Source: Trichodelitschia bisporula (lineage: Eukaryota). Taken from it: a stretch of DNA of 64,000 bases. The DNA is taken from the NCBI GenBank assembly GCA_010356995.1, contig ML996702.1:434001-498000 (forward strand), read 5' to 3'. This document shows, piece by piece, positions 51,506 to 64,000 of this stretch. The notes under the pieces are model-generated. The model saw only the letters and a list, made by a program, of their open reading frames with translations. It did no database searches and had not been told where the DNA came from. Made by a program: the position numbers and the translations under genes. The first letter of the stretch is position 1, and every line of letters starts with the position of its first letter.

Positions 51506-52319
51506 TGGGATGGCGCGGACTGGTGCTGAGAGTGAGGTTGCGAGATGATCACGAAGCGCGCTGGCAGGAAGCTGAGTTCAAAGACGAGGTGTTAGGGGCG
51601 CCTCAGCTGAAGTATGCATAAATATGCTTGATGGGAAACAAGAAATGTGGTGGCTGAAGCCACCGCCAATAGTAAATCATCCACGATCCAGCCTCACGCC
51701 CAGCTGAAGTGTTTAACGAGGGCCAGCTGAAGTGTGTAACAGGAGGCGCAGCTGAATTGGGTACACATGAGTCCAATGGCTACCCCGAAAAAGTCATGTC
51801 ACGTTCCAGAAAGTTGTGGCCACCAGGTGCTAAGGCTTTTGCTGAGTAAGAAGGCAAAGACTATTAGGAGGGCGATATGGCTTTTTCGGCTAGACCTTGG
51901 TGCCTCATGAAGAAGGCAAGCAAATCAAACGTATGCCGAGCGTTGTGAGTTTTTGATAGGCGATGTGTTGCGGATCTCTGAATCAAAGGCGTTAGTGGCA
52001 ATAGCGCCGGAGTGGTCAGGGTATCCATCCTACATATCAAAGCTTATATGAAACGTCATCGTACATTGTCGTACATACAAGCGCAACGCATTTCTTCTTC
52101 CAGTTCTTGGGAATTTGAGTCTTCACGATAGCATTTTCGTGTCAAAGTTGACATATCATTTCTAAAGGGTACTGGCTACCTTAACACGCATTCTTCAGTA
52201 GCGCCGCCAACGCCCAACGTGCACCGTCATCAGTCATATCTACGTTTATACGTCTATGCTATCCCGATGCTCCACAAAACCGCCCCCAGACCGAGATGTA
52301 TGCAATGCACGAAAGGGAT

Positions 52320-54168
52320 CTACGAGGACGGATTGACAGTGGTTTTGCGGAACTGCAGCGGCTGTGAAGGAGAGACCGGCTGTGAAGGAGAGCGCGGCGT
52401 TGGGGTTCCAGCCAAGGGAGGCGACGGGATCGGCTGTCCTTCGGCCAGAATCTGGGGAGTTCCGATGCCGGGGAAGGGTGAGATTGTGCCTGGCGCTGAC
52501 GGCGGAATCGGAGTCTTCAGGTCCTCGGGGCTGCCGGGAATGACATGGTCGGGGAGACCAGGGATGTGGATGCGCTTGGCGACATTGCTGTAGCTTGAGG
52601 GAATGATCTGGGCCCAACGTCAGCTAAGAATCATATAATCCGGCAGGTACAAACCTCAATGATCTCGTTGCGCGGGAACTCCAGCTTAGGAATGTCGGTC
52701 GCATTGCAGGCCATGAGATACCCGTAGAGGACGCGAAGAACACTCTCGTGGGCGATGATGAGCAGGTCATTGTGCTCCCGCTCGAGCTCAAGGATGATCG
52801 GTTCGAGGCGGACGGCCAAGTCATGATACGACTGTAAAGGGTCAACGGGGCAACAAGATACGTTCAAGACATGAACAAACCTCAGCACGCGGGTACCGGT
52901 GGTGGTAAGGATCAGCCTGGTGTTTAGCAACCTCCTCTGGATACTCCGCTCGAATCTGCTCTTCGCTCTTCTTCTCGCATACGCCAGGGTTTAACTGACT
53001 GAGCTGAGAGCGCTGACGGACGCGGTACCCGAGAACTTCCAAGTACTCGCCAGTCTCCACGGTGCGGCGCCGAGTGGAGGTCCAAACGGTGAGAGGCTTC
53101 AGAGCATTGTCTGGCCCACCACGGGCGATGACTTCCTCACGCTCCTGCTCGCGATGCTTCAGCAGAGTCTGGGTCATCTTCTCAGCGTAGTCACGGCCCT
53201 CATCAGAAATAGAGGCATCCGCCTTGTACGACTCCTCCTCGGCAGTCGTGCCAGCCCTAGCGAAGTAGGTCTGGCGCGATTTGATATGGAGATTGAGAAG
53301 ATAGAAGACGATGCGCTGCGACAGATAGCCGAAGTTGCAGTTGTTGACAATGACACGCGCCCCGGCGTTGATCATCTTGATCCAGGCGAGTTCCTTCTCT
53401 TCCATCGTCTCAAAGTGGGGAATGCGCGCGGCGATGCGGCCGAGGTAGTGCTTGACAGCCTCTTCATCCGACCAGCCCACGTAGTCCGGCGAAGATATTT
53501 TCACGCTGCGGACATTCTCCTCAATGATGCGCTCGTCGGTGCAGTGCGACTCGATGAAGAGAGTCTGAACCTGGTGCTTCGCGAACTCCTTGGCAAGGGC
53601 CTTGCGGCCAACGGACAGGGGGTTCACGGCGTCATAAATAGCAACCTGGCCGTTCTCCTGATCCAGGAACTGCAAAATATCCTCCCGACACTTCTTGAGA
53701 ATCTTGTTTCTCAGGAGGACTGACGACGGCGATGCGTTGACGTGAAAGTAGTCATCCGGGATCTCTTTGCCCGGACCGACGGTGGCACGCCGGTAGTCCC
53801 CGAGATGAAAGACATGCGTCTTCACCCCGAGCCAGCGCAGGTAGCGCGCAACGGCAACCGAGATGTGTGTCTTACCACGGGCAGGAAGACCAACGGTCGC
53901 GATGACAATGCGCCCCGAGTGGAAGAGGCGACCGGACTCTGTGCTGTACAGCTGCGCGGGAGCCATCTCTTGGGTCTCCGGGAGGTCGTGGATTGCGTCG
54001 ATGAAAGTGCTCGACCGCCTCCGAAAGCGGGGAGAGTTGGCCGCAGCCTCGGCAGTACTACAATTGTGAGACGCTGGACATATAGAGACATGGTCGAACC
54101 GCTATAGTGATGCTTCGGTAGAAGCGGGGAAGCCATAAGAAACGGGAGACATACAGAAGGGTATCCAT
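52320..54168 (-). CDS. 6-phosphofructo-2-kinase/fructose-2,6-bisphosphatase-like protein (YLR345W-type)
   Basis: 14-nt first exon (MDTLL), intron 54058-54154, RRRSSTFIDAIHD, QLYSTESGRLFHSG, P-loop GLPARGKT and RYPRAESYHDL. Further introns at 52832-52880 and 52608-52654. Confidence 0.9.
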
Positions 54169-54893
54169 CTTGTAGACGTGTAGCGTATGATCTCGTATGT
54201 GAAATTCTACGAGATGTGTCTATGTTTTACTCACGCGCGATGCGAAAAGGTAAGATCGGGTTGGTTGCGGGGTTTATTGATAGGCGCTGCGGGAGATATC
54301 AGGCTGGCGATTGAATGAGGATCGTGAAACTGGAAAGGTCCTGCTGCCCACGGCGGGGCAAACAGGAAAAAGAGAGGCTGACTCAGGCAAAATAAAATGC
54401 TGTAGTGGTGGTGACGATGTTTGCGACAGGTTGGTGGGGGTTGGAGAGGTTGTTGGAGTTGCGGGAGGCCGAGGACTGGCTTAAGGGCGGCGTTCGCGCA
54501 CGAACTTGTGTCATACTGCGGGCGGCTTGATAGGCTGGCGCGATCGGTCTGGTTGATTCGAGCCTTAGGCCTGTCTTGGATGCTTGGCTGCTAGAGGCTA
54601 GTTCCAAGGTCAGATTGATAAGGCCATGTAGTAACGTGACTTGATGCCCACCCTGCGCCTGCCATCTACCCGGAGCTACAGGCGCCGTCTTCCGACTGCA
54701 TTCTGGCGCTCCTGGAAAATTAGTTCTACTCCATACGACTTCATACGATCGCAGAGCGGGCGCAATAAGGTCTCCAGTCTGACGTCCCCATCACTTCGAG
54801 TCGTCATCTTTCCTGTGCAACTACCCATATCCCTCCCCTCTCTCCTTGTCGACTGGAGTTCCTGAGCCACCCCCCTCACCTCCACCACACTCA

Positions 54894-56055
54894 ATGGCTG
54901 TTTCCGAGAAGCAGCAGTCCGCATTGGACGTCCTGACGTCCAATGTCATCGGCGCACGCCTAGCAGACGTATACCTGGGCTTCCAAGATCGGCGGAAAGC
55001 TCTAGGCCTTCCGAACCCGGGTACTTTGGACAATATCGCGAAGGAGGTTGAGCGTGATGTCTTCCTCAACAACCTCAGCTTCGCCGGCCTGCGGGCCGAT
55101 ATCAACAAGGCTTTCAGCGCCTCCCCGATCTTCCAAGTTTCACATTCGCTGTCCATGGGCTCGCAAAGCTTACCGCCCTATGCATTCGCTACCATGTATG
55201 GGTCGCCGAAGGTATGTTGATTCGGAGTCGGCAGTATGACTGCGCTAACACCGCACAGGTTTTCCTCCAAGCGAACGTCGACAATGAATTCAACCTCATG
55301 GGCCGCTTCAATTGGCGATGGACATCGGCCCTCGTGACTAAGACCAGCGTGCAACTCATGCCTGGCGGTCAGAGCAGCATGATGTCGGTAGAGCAGGACT
55401 ACACCGGCGCCGACTTTACCGCTAGCGTGAAGGCGATGAACCCTTCGATTCTGGAGGGTGGTCTCACCGGCATATTCATCGGCGACTATCTTCAAGCTGT
55501 CACCCCCAAGCTGTCGATTGGGTTGAACGCCATCTGGCAACGACAGGGCATGAACCAAGGTCCCGACAGCCTCCTTACTTATGGTGCGCGGTACAAGAGC
55601 CAGGAGTGGATTGCCACGGCGAGGATGGCTGCTCAAGGTGGCCTGCAGGCGACCTACTGGCGGAAGCTTGCGGACAAGATTGAGGCTGGTGTTGACATCA
55701 ACCTTCAGTTTGCACCTGGCATGGGTGGCATTATGGGCGGTCCCATGCGCAAGGAGGGCACCACTACACTGGGCGTGAAGTATGACTTCCGTGCATCGAG
55801 CTTCCGCGCACAAGTCGACAGCAACGGCAAGCTTGGCTGCTTGTTGGAGAAGCGCGTGGCTCCGGCGGTGCAGGTGACGTTCTCCGGAGAGATCGATCAC
55901 TACAAGGTAAGCAACTCCCAACATGATAGGAGGCGTAGCTGACCCCCGGACAGAGCCAGACAAAGCTCGGCCTTGCCGTATCGATTGAGAACGCTAGTGA
56001 GGAAGTCATGGAGCAGCAAGAAAAGGCCGCTAATGAGCTGCCACCTCCGTTCTAG
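54894..56055 (+). CDS. TOM40: Mitochondrial outer membrane translocase channel Tom40
   Basis: LGLPNPGT, GLRADINK, FQVSH, DYLQAVTPKLSIG and FRAQVDSNG. Two introns. Confidence 0.95.
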
Positions 56056-56589
56056 ATGCATAACGACGGTCTCGGAAGCGCCGATGACCGCTCCTCCCCA
56101 CGGCGTCGGCGCGATTCTCCCCTGTATTATCAGATTTTCTTTCCACTAGGTACCCGCGAGCGTTCAGTCAAGGTGCTGGCTGACGTAGAAACGCGTAGGA
56201 GCGTAGTCATCTGTGGAATGAGGTAATGCGAGCCATGACTTGGAATACCTCGGGAATCAGGGCATAGCTTCGGTTAGAGCAGCGGTCTGATGGGTTCTGA
56301 GCGTTGACGGTGTTGATGATGATGTGCAAAAGGATCAAAATCATGGCCCGTCGCCTGTACAGATAGGACTTGCGACGAGCTGGAAACCATTTCTCCACTT
56401 GCCACTGCATTGTGCTTCGTTTGATTGTGCCATTTTGATTTTCCGAAAACCCGTGTCAGAGATGGGATCTATTCATACAACGTGCAGCCTCGATCAGGGG
56501 CCTCCGAGCCCTCCATAACCATCATGAAAAGCCCACAGTACGACGCCGCCCACTAGAACCATCGCATAGCCAAACCCATTCGTCTCCCC

Positions 56590-57120
56590 TTACATTCGGG
56601 GCGCCGCCTGGGTCGTAGCACCCGGCGTCAACAGCTACTCATATTAGCCATGCCGCTCCCTTGAAAGAGGCGGGGAAAAACTCACATCATTCGCACTCTG
56701 CTGCATCTTCATTTCGCGCTCCATCTCAATCATCTGCTGCTCCTCCGCATATGCCAACGCCCACGGCACGCCCAGCAACAGCGAGCTCGTGCTAATGACC
56801 CACAGCGCCTTGCCGCCAAAGCCCAGCGTACCCTTAACCCAGCCCGTCACAGCCGCGACCGCCGAACTCGCCGCCTGCCGCTGCTTGGCGGGAATCATGG
56901 ACTGCAGCGCAGAAAGGCGCTCGAGGAAGGTCTCATCAGGGTCGATGGAGGAGGTAGTAGAAGAGGCATCCGAGTCTATGCGGTGTTAGCTACGATTTGG
57001 CGCCGCGGGGCGTGGAGCCGTACTATCGTCGTCGTCTGTGTTCCAGTCGTCATCGCCGCCCAGGGGACCTGTCTGCGGCGCAGTGAGGTCCTCGTCCGCG
57101 ACTTCTTCGAGCTTGACCAT
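56590..57120 (-). CDS. TOM22: Mitochondrial import receptor Tom22
   Basis: MVKLEEV with acidic N-terminus, ETFLERLSAL..MIP, GKALWVISTSSLLLGVPWALA and EEQQMIEME. Two introns. Confidence 0.93.
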
Positions 57121-57444
57121 TGTGACGATTGGGGAATTGGTGGGTGGGAGGGTGGTAGAGATGTGTTTGGGCGCGGGCTGGTGGACTCGAAAACTGGAGC
57201 GATAGGAACTTTTGGATGGCGTCGGCGAAGCTTTTTACCGGGGACAGGGGTCGGGGGCGGGAGGTGACGTCCAGACATTGCACACTGCCGCGCGGAAGGC
57301 ACTTTGGATGAGAGATATGGTAAGGAGCGAGTGATCAATCAATTGAGCGCGAGGCATGAGGTCTAGAGCCCTGCAAATATCCAAATTTTGATCGCAACGT
57401 TTTGATAGCTACATAGCAACACCGAGGAATGAGATCTCTCTCAT

Positions 57445-60070
57445 TTACCGCTTTGTCTTCTTCTTGAGCCGCTTCAACGCCCGCATATCCTTCTTCATGC
57501 GCGCATCAACCATCTTGTAACGACCCTTCGTACCCTTCGGTCGCCCAGATATGCCACGGTTTCCACCTCTCGCAACCACAAGCTTGACAGACTGCTTCGG
57601 CTTGGACTTAGTAGCCCGGGACACCATGCGCGCAATAGCCTTAGCCTTGTCACTCTCATCCATAGCCTCGTCCTCCAACATAACCGCACTCTTCTTCTTC
57701 ATCTTCTCCAGCCGCTGTGCCGCCTTAAACTTCTTGCGTGCCTTCGCCTCGCGCACCTTCTTGATGGGACGAGCGTTGAAAGCACGCATCTTGTCCTTGA
57801 TGGCCTGGGCGGCGGCCTTGGTGATAGGCCGCTGCTGCCTCGAGTGCTTGTTCTCATCGTCAAGGAACCACTCGGGCAAGCCCTCGGTATCGCGCAAAGC
57901 GTACTTGTTGAAGCCGTCATCAATGAGGTCTTCGGGACGCTTGGCACCGGTGGCGAGCTGATGGGCGAGCGTCATGGCTTCCGCGGTGACGATGTCGATA
58001 TCTGTCTGGCCCTTCTTCGGCTCGCGAGCATTCTCATCCCAGTTCTCCTCTTCCTCCTCGTCGCGCTTTACGACTTCAAAGCCGTATGAACCCTCAGAAC
58101 CGTCATCTGAGGCGGCTTCGGAGTCAAACTCTGCGAAACTGTCGTTGTCTGATTCCGGCTCTGCCCCAGCCACAGCATCGGTCGTCTGCTTTGCCGCAGA
58201 GGTTTCTTCGACATCTTCCATTTCGATCCCGCTGTCCTCGTCGATATCGGCCTCGACACCGATGTCCTTGAAGATATCCTGGTCGAAGAAGAGTTCAGCT
58301 CTGCGACTTAGAGCGCCGTTGGTCGACTGGTCGACGCCTAGCTTGGAAATGAGGGACTTGGGCTGAGGGTCTGCCTCGTCGTCCGAATCCGAATCCGAAT
58401 CAGACTCGGGTTCCTCAACAAAGGCTTCCTCATCACTCTCTTCTTCCTCATTGTCCTCGATGCCATTCCACTCGCCGTCGCCTTGTTCGAGGCGCGCCTT
58501 CTTGACCCGGTACTTGGGATCCCGAGTGGCCTGCTTCTCCACGTACTGCTCGTACATGTCGTCGAGCTGTCGCTCCAAAGCGTCACCATCAGAATCGCTG
58601 TCTTCCTCCACTTCATCTTCCTCCTTCGGCTTTTCCTCCACGATAGTCATCTTGCCCTTCGCGATTTTGCTGATAGCGCCAGCCTTATCCACAGCCTTTA
58701 GATTGAACATCGACTCCGCACCCAGGGGTCCGTTCTGCTCTAGCCCCAGCTCGACGGGCGTCGTCATGTGAAGCTGCATGCGCACAATATCCTTTTGCTT
58801 GCGCTCATTCTCTCTGCGCCGTTCTTTCCGGACCTTCTTCGACTCGCGCTCTTTCAGCTTCTCCATGTCCTCTTGCAACTTCATCTCCTCATCCATATTC
58901 TCCACTCTTGCCACCTCCTCTGCTTCTTGTTCCTTCGCAGCTTCCTTATCCTGCTCTACCTTGGTCTTCTTGGATGCGAAGCCAAAGACTTCACGCACCC
59001 TCAAACGCCACTTGAGCAGCAGACGGAATTCTTTGCGACCCAGCACCCTCAGATCGGCACAGCAGTTCCTGATCTCCTCGGTGGTCTCCGGCAGCTTATC
59101 AAGCGTCGCTAGTGCAATGTCGCCATTTGGCGGCTGCTCGAAGCTGAGCTTGTTCATTCCGCCCAGAATAGCGATCGGATCCGTTGACTGGATGAACTGA
59201 CTGGCAGGGATCTCCTTGAACTGTGTGTAGTTGCCCTCTTCATAACCGTCACGCTTGCGCTTCTTGACTTCCGGGTTGAAGACCTTGGCCTCGTTGTTCG
59301 GGGTCGGATCCGCAAGCTCGGCGAAGACGGAGCGGGCGTCCAGGAACTTAGGGTCGATGCGCTTGGGTGCCTTGTAGCCGCGGCACACGACGAAGATTTC
59401 GGCGGAGACATTGCGGGAGGACGGCGGTTTTGTGGCCTCGACTTTGGTGAACAGCTGGTTGAAGACCCAAAGTAGCGGGTTGTAATCTTTTGACCGGAAC
59501 ACCTTGGTGACAAACGTTCCGCCTTCCACCAGAAACTCCGTAGCTAGTTTGAGCGACTGCAGGACAAGCTCTGCCTGCGAGAAAGCGTCCTGAACCCACG
59601 CCGTACCGACATTCGGCGCACCGTCGTGCAAGACAGTGTCGGCCTTCCATGTCTTCAGATGCTGTCGGATGGTCGCGCGGCACTTGTCACTTGTGATATC
59701 GCTCTGGAAGGTAATGCAACGAGGGATTGCTCGGATAGGTGCCAAATCGACACCGATGATCAAAGCATTTGCGGGACAGACTTCTGAGGCGACTTGACAC
59801 CATGACTACGCAGTCAGTCAGTCGCTGAACATGAACATCGAACAGGAGCGCTTACCCCGGGCGCAGCGCAAAGATCAATGACCACTTTGCTCTTCTCCAA
59901 GAAGTGGTACTTTTGATTCAACTGGATAAGCTTGAACGCCGCACGGGCGCGATAGCCCTTCTCTTTCGCGAGCTTGTACCATTTATCGAGACGGCCTTTG
60001 CCGTGCTGTGAAGTGTCAGCGGTAGCTCCAGAGAGACAATGATATCATGTACCTTCTTCTGAATCGCCAT
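57445..60070 (-). CDS. SPB1: AdoMet-dependent rRNA 2'-O-methyltransferase Spb1
   Basis: [63 protein letters not shown] and [11 protein letters not shown]. Confidence 0.96.
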
Positions 60071-60573
60071 GGTGAACTGGCGGCGAAAAGTTGGTGAGCG
60101 GTGGTGCAAAACAGCAGTCTCTTTTGAGATGTCAAACTAAATTTTAGCCCTAGGCTGGTCGCATCCACGCTAGGCCGGAAGCGAACAAGGGCGACGGGGT
60201 GGTTAGGGCAAGGCAACGGCAAGGCATCAAGACGCGGTGCCTTGGGGCAAGATACCCCAACCGGCGTCATCGACTAGTTCAGGCGACGACGATGGATGCC
60301 CGCCAACAAAGCTGAGGCCTCTACCAACCCTACGATATCCTCTTCCTTCACCTACAGTCTCAAGGTTGGTTTTCCCTTGGCTACTGTATGCACATAACAA
60401 CTGTTTGTCGCTCTCCCTGCCTCTACAGCCTCCCCCGCTATCACCGTCCTGAGCGTCCGTTCCGTTGTTGAGGTCCTTGCGAGTACTGCGTGTCCGTTCG
60501 TTTCGACCCGCTGGTGCTTACCCTCTCGCAGCGACGTCTCAGCCTCTTTCATTATCGTACCTCTGAGCACCCC

Positions 60574-63233
60574 ATGGGGCCCCGGAAGAAGCCCAAGTCC
60601 AGCAACGCCACCCAAAATGCACCTCCGCCGGAGAGTACCCCTACCGGGTCCAACCCCGGGAACCCACCCATACCCACTTCATCAAACGCTCCCGATATCG
60701 TGAGCACGCGATCCGAGCACACTGGCAAAAGTCCACCTATGGATATCAAACCTTCAGGAGCGGCGCTCGTTAAGGACAGCATCGCCCATCGCGCGAGCTG
60801 GTACGGCAGTTGGCGGGGCAAGTCGAAGCCTGTGGCCGAGGTTGCCAACGTGTCCGCCGGCCAGAGTCCGCCGCAGGAGGAGAGACCTGCAACACCTCGT
60901 CGGCGAAAGACTCCACAAAAGAACCCTCCAGGCAGCCCGTACGCTACCGTCCGTCACGCACCCTCCCAAGCCTCGGTTACGAAACTCAGCGTGACGTCGA
61001 ATGGCATGGAGAACTTTTTTGACTCTAAGAATCCGAAACCACCGCAAGAAGATGTTCAGATGCAGGATGCGCCTGCTTCCGACGTACCCGCGCCAGACAC
61101 AAACCAGAAACCGGAGCCAGAGCCTGCGCCAGCCGAGCAGACAAACGCGGCTCAACCGAAGCCTGACCCGTCCTCAGGATGGTTTGGGTGGTGGTCTCGT
61201 CCTGATGGATATCAAGATAAGACTGGTCCCAAGGAGCCACCCGCTGATAAACCAGCGGTGGCAGAACCGCCTCTGCAAGATCCACCGGCTGTTCCACCCT
61301 CGGTAGCAGAGCCCCCGAAGCCTGTGGAGGCTCCCGCCGCACAAACAGATTACAAAGAGGCAACTTCTAGACCTGCATCTGCTATGAGCGCTAAGCCATC
61401 GGAGCTAACGCAAGACTCCAAAGAGACCGCAGCGCGAAATCGATCATCATGGTTCTGGGGCTGGAGCTCAGCACAGAATGCGCAGCCAGAGCCGTCGGCC
61501 AGCGCGGCGGAGAGTAGTGCCGAGCAGACTCAGGCGCCACAAGATCCCCAACAGACTGCACCGGCTGTACCAGCGTCAGACATTCAACATGCACCGAGTG
61601 TCACAGAGCCTACAGCGTCGTCCCAAGCTGCCTCGAAGCCGCAGCCTCCCAAGGGTCCTCAGCGTCAAAAGTCAACAGGCTGGGTCTTCTGGTCCAAGAG
61701 CCAGCCCTCCGAAACCGATCCAAACAAACAGGTCGGCGAGCTCGCAGTTGCTGACACGCCGTCAGCTTCTCATCCCGAGGCCGCACAGTTCAACGAGGGA
61801 GAGGAAGCTCCGAAGACGACTCCCAAGGAGGCTTCGAAACCTGTGAAGGCTGCACCTCTGGCTCTCAAGCCCTCTAAAAAGGATGCAAAGCGGGAGCCGC
61901 TTGAGACTCCCAAGCCTGGCACCCAAATCCAGCGCAATCCGAATCTTGTGCTCCCCGAGTTTCATAAAACGTATACGCTCGCTCAACCTGCCTCCCTATG
62001 GCAGATTGCCCGGCGGTACGTCCTGGGCCAAGATCCTGAGCTCAGTCACCTACACATCAACCCCAACCCGCCCCGCATCAAGAAGGCCATTGCTATGGGG
62101 GTACACGGCTTCTTCCCTGCCCCAATCATTCAAAAGGTGATTGGACAACCAACTGGTACATCCATTCGCTTCGCCAACTCTGCGGCAACAGCCATCCAAA
62201 AATGGACGGAGGAGCAGGGCTACGAGTGCGAGATTGAAAAGGTTGCACTCGAAGGCGAAGGCTTCATTGCCGATAGGGTGGACCTCTTGTGGAAATTGAT
62301 GCTCAACTGGATTGAACATATTCGCAAAGCCGATTTCATTCTCGTTGCCTGCCATTCCCAAGGCGTCCCCGTTGCTACCATGCTCGTTGCGAAGCTCATT
62401 CAGTTTGGCTGTGTGAACAATGCGAAGATTGGCATTTGTGCCATGGCCGGCGTCAACCTGGGTCCCTTTGCGGAGTACAAAACGCGCATGTTTGGAGGTT
62501 CCGCTTTAGAACTGTTCGATTTTGCAGATCCGTCCAGCCGGGTTTCGGGCATGTACCGCACGGCTTTAGATCAGGTGGTCAACCACGGCGTTCGTGTGGT
62601 GTACATTGGCAGTATAGACGACCAGCTGGTGTCGTTAGAGGTTCGTTGTATCGTCCGTTTTGGGAAATGAGGCTAACTGTGGGCAGTCCTCGACGTTCAG
62701 CAATGTTTCGCACCCATACATCTATCGCGCTGCTTTCATTGATGGCCGCCTGCATGCCGCCGACTTGTAGGTTTTTCTCGTATACTGGTCTGAGTCATCT
62801 GACATCTTCCAGCATCGCGCACCTCGTCGCCTTCTCCCTCAAGCTCCGCAACCTCGGCCTCTCCGACCACGGCCTGATCCGCGAACTGTCACCCGCCCTT
62901 GCGGGCAGCCTCTACACCGGCGAGGGCCATAGTCGGCTCTATGACTCGCCAAACGTGTACTCGCTGGCCATCTCCCACGCGCTGGAAACGACATCCCTGC
63001 CGCACTCCGTGCCGCTGGTGGTGAAGCCGTACGAAGGACCGCCCTCGACCAAAGACGCCAATCCTTACTTCCTGCCGTGGGCCATGCGCGGCGTGCTCGA
63101 GGAGGAAAGGGTGCGCAACGAGCTCATGGGCGATTGTCAGGATCTGCTGGCGCTGTTCGAGGAGTGGCGGCCGCAGAGTAAGGGGCTGAAGGATATCAAG
63201 TTTAGGCTTGAAGCTCTTAGGAGCAAGCTTTAG
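60574..63233 (+). CDS. YML020W-like protein: disordered N-half plus alpha/beta-hydrolase-like C-domain ending SKL
   Basis: GVHGFFP, GQPTGTSIRFA, IALEGEG-like VALEGEG, ACHSQG, GSIDDQLV, GEGHSRLY and NPYFLPWAMRG. Introns at about 62641-62686 and 62767-62812. Confidence 0.85.
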
Positions 63234-63496
63234 TCGGTTGGAACTTTTGGAGTGATGGGTACTGGGCGGGGGAGTGGTGTTTGGGACTGGTTTGTAACTT
63301 TTGGGCATGGGCTAGAAGCATTGAGCGTTCGACTGACGGTCATAGTCACGAGGGGTGTATCTATTCTCTTTCTGTTGTTACTAGAATCCAGCAATAAGCC
63401 AGTAAAACCATTCATGTCGTTGAACGCGGGGTATCACAACGCAGACCAAAACCGGAAAGCAACAACGCCGGCCTACCGTTAACAGCAAGCACGAAT

Positions 63497-64000
63497 TCAA
63501 GTGAACCCACTAACAACCCCCGCATGCCAAACGCCATAGATCCCAACTCCCCCAACCACAAGTCCCAGCGCCATCCCCACCGGCACGCCGTAATCGAACC
63601 CAAACCACCCCTCCCCGCTCCGCTCCTTCTCCTTGACACCCGTTTTCTCCTTCGCGACCTCCTTCCTCACGCCCTCCTCCTCAACCCCTGTACTCAGCAC
63701 CACCGCCAGTTCCGCCAGCATCCCCGCCATCCTCTCTGCAACCCCCTCCGCCGCCCTAACGACCATATCCTCCTGCTCCTCCCCCAACCACCTCCCCCAC
63801 TCATCAACCTCCTCCTCCCAAGCCCTCCACACCCGCTCCTCCGCAGCCGCAACCGCACCCAGAAACTCCCATCCCGGGCCCCGAATCTCTCCCACCATCA
63901 CCGCCATGGCCGCGAGATCAGCGACAGCGCGGGCCAATGCGTACGCCACGCCCACCCCCGTCGCCGGGAGGGCAAAGACAGCGAAGCGCGCATAGTTCAA
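63497..64000 (-). CDS. 3' part of a hypothetical tail-anchored protein (begins beyond the window)
   Basis: Frame is open to the window edge, has the G-rich 3' codon bias seen in the other genes, and ends in a TM (VPVGMALGLVVGGVGIYGVW). Confidence 0.55.
   Translation of the reverse strand: MNYARFAVFALPATGVGVAYALARAVADLAAMAVMVGEIRGPGWEFLGAVAAAEERVWRAWEEEVDEWGRWLGEEQEDMVVRAAEGVAERMAGMLAELAVVLSTGVEEEGVRKEVAKEKTGVKEKERSGEGWFGFDYGVPVGMALGLVVGGVGIYGVWHAGVVSGFT

Noticed and set aside
51600..51760. Spaced repeats resembling a CRISPR array
   Set aside because: Repeats are about 10-17 bp with irregular spacing, no cas genes, and the genome is eukaryotic.
63497..64000. Heme-oxygenase-like identity for the terminal partial gene
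   Set aside because: Only the tail anchor and helical pattern are suggestive; no diagnostic motif lies inside the window.

Overview
Gene-dense region of a filamentous ascomycete (Pezizomycotina) genome with short, mostly 46-70 nt GT-AG introns and CTRAY branch points; the subclass (perhaps Dothideomycete) is only a guess. About 25 protein genes were reconstructed by hand, mostly housekeeping: SUN glucanase, GDPD, Gpr1/Fun34, ERV41, NOP16, ZIP transporter, PUB1, 4CL-like ligase, F-box, PIF1, PFK2-like, TOM40, TOM22 and SPB1. No rRNA, tRNA, CRISPR or intact transposon was recognised. Most notable: (1) a head-to-head thymine 7-hydroxylase / uracil-5-carboxylate decarboxylase pair sharing a GATA-rich promoter; (2) a standalone fungal SLATT 2TM effector-like gene with a repeated CAGCTGAA(G) motif upstream; (3) a PUB1/TIA-1 gene with a non-YAG 3' splice site and a weak U-rich-flanked donor; (4) a probable divergent Mediator Med2; (5) a dual-ATG PIF1; (6) adjacent TOM40 and TOM22; (7) a Kex2-type secreted peptide precursor; (8) a frameshifted coiled-coil ORF that a 46-nt intron could rescue. 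Family calls come from motif recognition and recall, not database searches.
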